Assembly (NCBI GenBank): GCA_947625635.1
Contig: CANQPA010000001.1
Span: forward strand, 3,199-67,198
From: an uncultured Bacilli bacterium
GTDB lineage: Bacteria > Bacillota_I > Bacilli_A > RF39 > UBA660
Length of the DNA stretch: 64,000 nucleotides
Direction of reading: 5' to 3'
The notes beneath the pieces are model-generated. The model ran no database searches, was not told where the DNA came from, and was given only the letters and a program-made list of their open reading frames with translations. Positions 57,111 through 64,000 of the stretch are shown piece after piece. A program made the translations under genes and the position numbers. The stretch's first letter is position 1. The number at the start of each line of letters is the position of its first letter.

Positions 57111-57139
57111 ATTCTACCACTTAATAAGACATAAGTCAA
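57111..57139 (-). promoter_or_regulatory. sigma-A promoter of the Ser T-box operon
   Basis: TTGACT (57139-57134), 17 nt, TGG-TAGAAT (57116-57111). Confidence 0.55.
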
Positions 57140-57142
57140 TAA

Positions 57143-57940
57143 TTAAATCTTTATTTTTTGTACACCTTTTTGCATATTATTTGACAAAGTACGTTCTTTT
57201 CTTTTTGTTCTAGCTATAAATTTTACCACAAATCTTAAATGTTTTTTTTCTTTTCTATTATTTGAACTTTTTAATGAATTAGTTAAATTAACTGCTACTT
57301 CAGATGACGTTAAACCATTATTTAAAGCACTTTTTATTTTTCCACTATTTTCTCTAACTAAAGTAGAAGAATATTCTTCACTATTACTATCAGCTTCTTT
57401 TTCACCGCTTTTCATCTCAGCTACAACTTCAACTGCTTCTTTTAATTGTGTGGGTGTTTGCCCTGTTTGTCCTACTTTTTCTACTATGCCTTCTAAAGTA
57501 GAACTTATAGCTTCACCGCTTATTCCACTATTTATAGCATCGGTTAAATATTTTTCATTATCGAAAACAGTTCTAGATTGAATAGAATTAGAACTTTTTT
57601 TGTATTTCCATACAGCCTCTAACAGTTGTTGTTTATACATAAATAAATTTTTTTTATATTGTTCAATATTTTCAGATTTTACATTTTTATCTTCGTTTAA
57701 ATCTTTCAAAAATTGTGTGTTTTTATCCATGATATTTTCTAATATATGTTCAAGTTCATTTTCCATAACGGTATATATTTCTTTTCTTTTAGAAGTATTG
57801 TAAGAGTTTTCCCCATTTGCCAAAATACGCATATCTTCTTGTGTTAAAGGAAAATTATTATTAACAAATTTATTTATATAATTTTTAAGATCTAAGTAAT
57901 AATCCATGGCTCCTAATTGTTCTATCTTTTTCAAATCCAT
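57143..57940 (-). CDS. hypothetical protein with a basic C-terminus
   Basis: ATG at 57940 after an AGGTGA SD. Helical with a Ser/Gly-rich middle and a KRKERT-rich tail. No family recognised. Confidence 0.5.
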   Translation of the reverse strand: MDLKKIEQLGAMDYYLDLKNYINKFVNNNFPLTQEDMRILANGENSYNTSKRKEIYTVMENELEHILENIMDKNTQFLKDLNEDKNVKSENIEQYKKNLFMYKQQLLEAVWKYKKSSNSIQSRTVFDNEKYLTDAINSGISGEAISSTLEGIVEKVGQTGQTPTQLKEAVEVVAEMKSGEKEADSNSEEYSSTLVRENSGKIKSALNNGLTSSEVAVNLTNSLKSSNNRKEKKHLRFVVKFIARTKRKERTLSNNMQKGVQKIKI

Positions 57941-58064
57941 ACTATCACCTATAGTTATTTTATCCAACACTGTTATCTTATACAATAATTTTTTTTAAAA
58001 TGTTTTGAATATTTACACTGTATAGGACAAAATATGTAAAGCATATATTATTTTGAGGTGTTTT

Positions 58065-58760
58065 ATGTTTAATTTTATAAAAAATTTATTCAAAGATTTC
58101 TACATATTTGCAGCTGCATACTCAAATAATTCGTTTCCGGATCCATTATCTAAAGAAAAAGAAGATTTATATGTAGAAAAGGCTAAATTAGGAGATAAAG
58201 AAGCGCGTAATAAACTTATAGAACACAATTTAAGATTAGTTGCACATATAGTAAAAAAATATGATAATAAGAATGAAGACACAGATGATCTTATAAGTAT
58301 TGGTACAATAGGGCTTATCAAAGGAGTTGATAGTTACTCAAAAAAGAAAAATACCCGACTTACTACATATGCGGCTCGTTGTATAGAAAATGAAATATTA
58401 ATGTACTTTAGAAATAATAAAAAAAGAAATAAAGATATAAGTATAAATGAATCAGTTGGATTTGATAAAGAAGGTAATGAGATAACGATTCTTGATATAC
58501 TAAAAACGCCTACTCCAGATTATGCCTTAGATATTCATAAGGAAAATAACATAGAAGATTTAAAAAAATATTTAGAAGTTTTAACTCCTAGGGAAAAAGA
58601 AATAATTATGGAAAGATATGGACTCAATGATAATGATGAAATAACTCAAAAAGAAATAGCTAAAAAATTGGGAATATCAAGAAGTTATGTATCAAGAATA
58701 GAAAAAAGGGCTTTGACCAAAATCTTAAGAGAATTTTTAAAAAATAATAAAGATGTCTAG
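58065..58760 (+). CDS. sigK: RNA polymerase sporulation sigma factor SigK (pro-form, uninterrupted)
   Basis: MFNFIKNLFKDFYIFAAAYSNNSFPDPLS pro-sequence, then ARNKLIEHNLRLVAHIVKKY, DLISIGTIGLIKGV, YAARCIENEILMY, GISRSYVSRIEKRAL. This is closer to B. subtilis SigK than to SigE as remembered. ATG at 58065 after a GAGGTG SD. Confidence 0.85.
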   Translation: MFNFIKNLFKDFYIFAAAYSNNSFPDPLSKEKEDLYVEKAKLGDKEARNKLIEHNLRLVAHIVKKYDNKNEDTDDLISIGTIGLIKGVDSYSKKKNTRLTTYAARCIENEILMYFRNNKKRNKDISINESVGFDKEGNEITILDILKTPTPDYALDIHKENNIEDLKKYLEVLTPREKEIIMERYGLNDNDEITQKEIAKKLGISRSYVSRIEKRALTKILREFLKNNKDV

Positions 58761-58766
58761 TCTTTA

Positions 58767-59666
58767 TTATTTTTGAATACTTTCTTCCTTATATAATACC
58801 CCACCCTTTTTATACATATCAATATCAGTTGGTACTTTTAAAACAAAACTAGATATTTCTAAAGGCAATCTTTCTTTTGTTGTTTCAAACACTCCAACAG
58901 CATATATAGAATTCTTAGTAACTTTATTTACCCCTTTTAAATCATTAACCATATCTACATTACATATTTTGGGAATATAATATCTTACATAATATTTATC
59001 ATTTTCTTTTTCTATTTCAATACTTAACGCATGCCCAACATCTCTTACCATCATAATTACTTTATCATTATTTAAAGACATAATATAAACATAATCAGTT
59101 TTTAAATCTTCTGGAAACGCGGCAAATATTTGACTCGATATTTCATTTAAAGTTCCATATAAAGTTATATTATTTCCTTCAATATTTTTTTTCTGAGCAA
59201 GTACTTGTAAGTTTCTAAAATTATTTTCGTCATTTATAATTGTTTGATGTACTATGTGCAATACTTCATTTAATGATTTAGCTTCTTTTAAAGGTACACC
59301 AAAACTTCCGTCTCCAAAACAGTTACAACCTACTTTATTTACTAACTCTTTACTCATATCAGCAAAACAAACTCTATAGAATTGTTTTAATTTACTAAAA
59401 TCATATCCGTTTTTAATTAATTCATCTTTATATATTTTTATAAGATTATTGAAATATTTTTTATCTGTATCTAGAAAGTTAAAATTATTTAATATATTTT
59501 CTATATAATATTCTATATCGTTAAGTGCTTGAAAAAGACAATCACTATATTCCATAATTGTTTCTTTGTTATATTTATATTCTTCTTTTGGCACCACTTT
59601 ATTAATTATCTTTTTGATTTCTATATCATATTTGAAAAATTTCTCCATATTTTCTAAACTATCCAT
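58767..59666 (-). CDS. hypothetical cytoplasmic protein (299 aa)
   Basis: Good SD (AGGTGATTAT). No family recognised. Confidence 0.5.
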   Translation of the reverse strand: MDSLENMEKFFKYDIEIKKIINKVVPKEEYKYNKETIMEYSDCLFQALNDIEYYIENILNNFNFLDTDKKYFNNLIKIYKDELIKNGYDFSKLKQFYRVCFADMSKELVNKVGCNCFGDGSFGVPLKEAKSLNEVLHIVHQTIINDENNFRNLQVLAQKKNIEGNNITLYGTLNEISSQIFAAFPEDLKTDYVYIMSLNNDKVIMMVRDVGHALSIEIEKENDKYYVRYYIPKICNVDMVNDLKGVNKVTKNSIYAVGVFETTKERLPLEISSFVLKVPTDIDMYKKGGVLYKEESIQK

Positions 59667-59688
59667 ATAATCACCTATATTATCTATA

Positions 59689-60669
59689 TCATAGTTTATT
59701 TTGATCTGTCAAATAATCATCAAGTAATTTAATAAAATCTTCTTTATCTGACGTTTTAAATATTGCCTCTTTTAATTCTTTAGCATTTTTTAATCCTTTT
59801 AAATACCAGGCAGCATGACTTCTTATTTCTAACATGGCTATTTTATAAGATTTAGTTTTAAGTAATAATTCTAAATGTTTTTTTATCATATTTATTTTAT
59901 CAGTAACACTAACCTCTTTAGGAAGTATTCCATACTCAAGGTAATCAACGCACTCTTTTATAATCCAAGGATTTCCTAATGCTGCTCTACCTATCATAAC
60001 AGCATCACAAAGAGTTTCATCAATCATTCTTTTAGCATCAAAACAAGATTTTATGTCCCCATTACCTATCACGGGAATATTAACAGAATCTTTTACTTGT
60101 TTGATTATATTCCAATCAGCCTTTCCACTATAACCCTGTTTTCTAGTTCTAGGATGAACTGTAATCGCACTTGCTCCTGCTTTTTCAACAATTTTAGCTA
60201 TCTCAACTGCATTAATACTTTCGGAATCCCAACCACTACGTATTTTAACTGTAACAGGTACTGTAACTGCCTTTACAACTGCACTTACTATATCGTAAAC
60301 TTTATTGGGATCCTTTAGTAACGCACTTCCGGCTTGTGATGATATAGCAACCTTAGGCACAGGACATCCCATATTTATATCTATAATATCTGGATGCATA
60401 TTGTTCTCTATATATTTTGCAGCAATAACAAATGAATTTTTATCATTTCCAAATATCTGTTGTGAGATGGGTCTTTCAAAATCGGTCATATAAAGCATGT
60501 CATAGGTTTTTTCACTTCCATACATTATCGCTTTATCACTAACCATTTCTGCAACTACTAATCCAGCTCCCATTTCTTTTACTATTTGCCTATAAGCACT
60601 ATTACATATTCCTGCCATTGGAGCGAGGACGACTTTGTTTTTTATTTTTACATTTCCTATTTTAAACAT
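59689..60669 (-). CDS. dusB: tRNA-dihydrouridine synthase
   Basis: VVLAPMAGICNSAYRQI, QIFG, DINMGCPVPKV and VTVKIRSGWD motifs. ATG at 60669 after an AAAGGTGA SD. Confidence 0.85.
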   Translation of the reverse strand: MFKIGNVKIKNKVVLAPMAGICNSAYRQIVKEMGAGLVVAEMVSDKAIMYGSEKTYDMLYMTDFERPISQQIFGNDKNSFVIAAKYIENNMHPDIIDINMGCPVPKVAISSQAGSALLKDPNKVYDIVSAVVKAVTVPVTVKIRSGWDSESINAVEIAKIVEKAGASAITVHPRTRKQGYSGKADWNIIKQVKDSVNIPVIGNGDIKSCFDAKRMIDETLCDAVMIGRAALGNPWIIKECVDYLEYGILPKEVSVTDKINMIKKHLELLLKTKSYKIAMLEIRSHAAWYLKGLKNAKELKEAIFKTSDKEDFIKLLDDYLTDQNKL

Positions 60670-60679
60670 AAAATCACCT

Positions 60680-63600
60680 TTAGTCAAATAAACTAAGTTG
60701 ATTAGATTCACTCATGCCGTTGAAAATACCCATAAGTTTCATCCTATCAATTAATGTTTGAGAAATTTTTGATCTGTACTGAACTTCTTCAATGCTCAAA
60801 AATGGTCTTTTTTTTCTTTCTTCTACTATATTGTTAGCTACAGTATCTCCAAGTCCATCTATACTAGAAAATGGTGGATAAATACTGTTATCATCTTTTA
60901 CTCCCCAAACAGTAGCATTACTTTTTTCTAAATCAATAGGCAAAAATTTTATTCCTCGAGCAGTTGCTTCTAAGCAAACTTTTAAACTTTCAAGTTGCCC
61001 AAGTTCCTTGTTTGTTGCCTCAAATCCTTTATTTTGAATTTCTATTATCTTATTTTTAATAGCATCATAACCCTTTATCATTGCATCTACATCAACATCA
61101 GTAGCCTTACTTGTAAGCCATGATGCATAAAAGTAAACAGGCATATGTACTTTATACCAAGCAATTCTAAATGCACTTATAACATACGCAGCAGCGTGTG
61201 CTTTCGGGAACATGTACTTAATTTTTCCGCAAGAATCAATAAACCATTTTTCAATTCCAGCATCTTCCATGGTCTTTTTATGTACTTCCCAGGTTTCTGG
61301 ATCCTTTGAAGCTCTACCTTTACGTACAAATTCCATTATTTTAAAAGCTTTGATAGGTTCTACCCCTTTATACATTAAATATACCATTATATCATCTCTA
61401 CAACCAATGACATCTTTAAATGGAACTATTTTATTTTTTATTAATTCCTGCGCATTACCTAACCAAACATCAGTTCCATGCGATAAACCAGATATTTTAA
61501 TCAATTCAGCAAATGTTGTAGGCTTAGTTTCAGCCACCATGCTTATTGTAAAGTTTGTTCCAAATTCAGGTATACCCAAAGTACCTGTATCATTCATAAT
61601 TTGTTCGTTTGTTACACCTAAAGCTTTAGTTGATGTGAATATACTCATTGTCTCTTTATCATCCATTGGCACCTTCAATATATCTGTCCCTGTTAAATCC
61701 TGTATCATACGTAATTGAGTTGGATCAGAATGACCTAATATATCTAGTTTAAGCAAATCTTGATCAATTGCATGATAGTCAAAATGAGTTGTTCTCCAAG
61801 GACTAGTTATATCATCTGCAGGAAACTGAAATGGTGTAAAATCAGACACATCCATATAATCTGGTACAACTACTATTCCGCCAGGATGCTGACCTGTTGT
61901 TCTCTTAACCCCCGTACATCCTAAAGCTAATCTTTCTATTTCTGCACTTCGCATAATTATATTTTTATCTTCACAATAGCCCTTGACAAATCCATAAGCA
62001 GTTTTGTCTGCAACTGTACCTATAGTTCCAGCTCTGTAAACATTATCTACGCCAAATAATACTTTAGTATATTCATGTGCGCTTGCTTGATTGAGATCAG
62101 AAAAGTTAAGATCTATATCGGGTACTTTATCAGCATTAAATCCAAGAAATGTAGCAAATGGCATATCTTGACCATCCTTGTACATAAGCTCACCACATTT
62201 TGGACATTTCTTATCTGGTAAATCAAATCCACTCGAATAAATAGCACCTAAATCATTGCCATCATCATCTTTAAATAAACTATTTTTACATTTAAGACAT
62301 CTATAATGTGCAGGCAAGGGATTAACTTCTGTTATTCCCATCATAGTAGCAACGAAACTGGAACCAACTGAACCACGGGAACCTACTAAATAGCCATCAT
62401 CATTCGAATGCTTAACAAGTCTTTGAGCTATCAAATATATAGGATCAAATCCACCTCCTATAATTCCGCCTAAAGATTTCTTTAATTTTTTATCCAACGA
62501 CTCATCATTTAATTCACCATCATCCTCAGTCCATTCCTGCTTAATATATTCTTTAAGCATTTCCTTTATACTATCAAATCCTTCCAAAATCCTTTTATGC
62601 ATATATGAATATATTTGCTCATCGTCAGTATTACCTTTTTCCCTAATTAATTTATCTTTGCAACACTTATAAACTATATCACCATATAATTCAGTAGATA
62701 TTCTGGATTCTATATTAAACGGAAGTGGATCTCCATACCAATCTGATGCTTTTTCATATACTAAATCCGTAACAACTCTTGGACAATCTAAATAACTTTT
62801 ACCATCATCACTTTTTACCCTTGGAGAAAATGGTATACCACCTGTATCTATTATAACTTCTATCTCTTCTACCATATCAAGGATTTTGTTAGTGTTAGTA
62901 ACTACTATTTCATAGGCCAAATCGCTACCTAAAAATTCAAAATCATTAAGCATCTCACGAGTAGTACGAAAATGTTGTGATGGAATTTTAGTTATATTGC
63001 TTTTAGCAAGTGGATGTCTTCCTCCTCCAGGCACTTTTTGATTTATAATAATCTCTCTATATATTTTATCTTCACGTGTAAAATGGTGTACATCACCTGT
63101 TGCAACCATTAGTTTTCCTGCATCTCGAGTGGCATCCACTATTTTTCTTATATGATTTTTTAGTTCAATTTCATCTTTAAAATCACTAGTTTGAATCAAA
63201 TGATTATACACTTCTGGTGGTTGAACTTCCACATAATCATAAAAATTAATAATATTCGTTAATTCTTGCCCTTCTTTGCTTCGAGATTCAATAAATACTT
63301 CAGATTCATAGCAACCACTTCCAATTATTAAACCTTCTCTTAATTCTTCAAGTTTACTTCTTAAAATTCTTGGCGTTTTATATAAATATACAGTGTTTGC
63401 AAGTGAAATTATTTTAAATAAATTCTTTAAGCCTGTTTTGTTCAAAGCAATTGCATTAAAATGAAATGTTCTACCAAATTTATGTATTTCATCTTTTTTT
63501 ATAAGCTTATCAAGATCACTTATCTTATTAAAATTTTGAACAATCAACTTTTGTAACATTTTACTAAATACTAAGGCAGTACCTTCAGCGTCATAATCAG

Positions 63601-64000
63601 CCCTGTGATGTGCATCCTCTTCCCATGGTACATTATACCTTTTAACAAGCGCTGAAAGATTATGTCTTGCAAATCCTTGGTCTAAAGCTCTTGATAATTC
63701 AAGTGTATCTATAACAGTATTTTTAAATTCACCTAACTTATATTTTTTCATTGCCATTTCAATAAAGGAAATATCAAATTTTGCATTATGGGCAACCATA
63801 GGTAAATCTGATACCCAATCTAAAAAACGCTTAGTCACTACATCTTCAGTATCTTTACCCTGAACCATTTCATCAGTAATTTGTGTCAAATTTGTTATCT
63901 TTTCAGGGATATGTCTTTTTGGATCAATCAATTCGTCAAATCTATCTATAATATTACCGTCACGTATTTTTACTGCACCTATTTCTATCATTTGATCATC
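60680..64000 (-). CDS. polC: DNA polymerase III PolC-type, N-terminal part beyond window
   Basis: The frame is open to the window edge. It contains the 3'-5' exonuclease segment (AHNAKFDISFI, HRADYDAEG), PHP/polymerase core (GSRGSVGSSFVA, PDIDLNFS), a Zn-finger insert (CLKCKN...CPKCG) and a C-terminal HhH. Confidence 0.95.
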   Translation of the reverse strand, partial: DDQMIEIGAVKIRDGNIIDRFDELIDPKRHIPEKITNLTQITDEMVQGKDTEDVVTKRFLDWVSDLPMVAHNAKFDISFIEMAMKKYKLGEFKNTVIDTLELSRALDQGFARHNLSALVKRYNVPWEEDAHHRADYDAEGTALVFSKMLQKLIVQNFNKISDLDKLIKKDEIHKFGRTFHFNAIALNKTGLKNLFKIISLANTVYLYKTPRILRSKLEELREGLIIGSGCYESEVFIESRSKEGQELTNIINFYDYVEVQPPEVYNHLIQTSDFKDEIELKNHIRKIVDATRDAGKLMVATGDVHHFTREDKIYREIIINQKVPGGGRHPLAKSNITKIPSQHFRTTREMLNDFEFLGSDLAYEIVVTNTNKILDMVEEIEVIIDTGGIPFSPRVKSDDGKSYLDCPRVVTDLVYEKASDWYGDPLPFNIESRISTELYGDIVYKCCKDKLIREKGNTDDEQIYSYMHKRILEGFDSIKEMLKEYIKQEWTEDDGELNDESLDKKLKKSLGGIIGGGFDPIYLIAQRLVKHSNDDGYLVGSRGSVGSSFVATMMGITEVNPLPAHYRCLKCKNSLFKDDDGNDLGAIYSSGFDLPDKKCPKCGELMYKDGQDMPFATFLGFNADKVPDIDLNFSDLNQASAHEYTKVLFGVDNVYRAGTIGTVADKTAYGFVKGYCEDKNIIMRSAEIERLALGCTGVKRTTGQHPGGIVVVPDYMDVSDFTPFQFPADDITSPWRTTHFDYHAIDQDLLKLDILGHSDPTQLRMIQDLTGTDILKVPMDDKETMSIFTSTKALGVTNEQIMNDTGTLGIPEFGTNFTISMVAETKPTTFAELIKISGLSHGTDVWLGNAQELIKNKIVPFKDVIGCRDDIMVYLMYKGVEPIKAFKIMEFVRKGRASKDPETWEVHKKTMEDAGIEKWFIDSCGKIKYMFPKAHAAAYVISAFRIAWYKVHMPVYFYASWLTSKATDVDVDAMIKGYDAIKNKIIEIQNKGFEATNKELGQLESLKVCLEATARGIKFLPIDLEKSNATVWGVKDDNSIYPPFSSIDGLGDTVANNIVEERKKRPFLSIEEVQYRSKISQTLIDRMKLMGIFNGMSESNQLSLFD

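Noticed and set aside
58000-58064. Mother-cell-type promoter upstream of sigK. CATATATT/CATATATTA lies about 20 nt before the SD, and the same CATATATT lies upstream of spoIVA at 43047-43054.
   Set aside because: The -10-like elements fit CATAnnnTA/CATACAnT loosely. I could not place a convincing -35 (AC or ATA-type) at the required 16-17-nt spacing, so they are not reported as features.
58065-58760. I checked sigK for interruption by a skin-like prophage remnant, as in B. subtilis and C. difficile.
   Set aside because: The ORF is continuous from the pro-sequence to region 4.2 (235/231 aa). No recombinase or intervening element is present.

Overview
This is a very AT-rich chromosomal segment (about one quarter G+C by eye) from an endospore-forming, PolC-type Bacillota. 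It holds about 60 protein genes, one tRNA-Arg(TCT), two T-box leaders and one Mn-type riboswitch. I saw no transposase, integrase, phage module or CRISPR array. About 85% of genes are on the minus strand. Housekeeping content: polC (5' end off-window), dusB, serS, gpmI, engB, lon, sepF-divIVA-ileS, murD, eno, ftsK/spoIIIE, radC-mreC-mreD, a U32 peptidase, ogt, csaA and ttcA. Sporulation and germination genes are spoIVA, spoIIIAH-like, gerE, gerM and an uninterrupted pro-sigK; all five are on the plus strand. Accessory-looking stretches are 13.4-19.5 kb, 24.6-35.4 kb and 50.6-55.1 kb. They encode surface-anchored proteins (beta-helix, cohesin-like/dockerin), a repeat-expanded MMPL transporter, two membrane-tethered XRE regulators and several unrecognised proteins. 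Strongest signals: (1) the only two long G/C homopolymers in the window (G9) each sit in the spacer of a TTGACA / TGnTAnAAT promoter. One drives a surface protein and one an unknown two-gene operon, with a G4 relative upstream of a third surface gene. I read this as a candidate promoter-spacer phase-variation system. (2) A Ser T-box drives a small (p)ppGpp-hydrolase-like HD protein that is translationally coupled to serS. (3) An Ile T-box is separated from a type-2 ileS with a GxHH signature by an unknown ORF that lacks a canonical start. (4) A yybP-ykoY-like Mn riboswitch precedes a soluble unknown protein rather than a transporter. All calls rest on reading the sequence and recalling family motifs; no searches were run.
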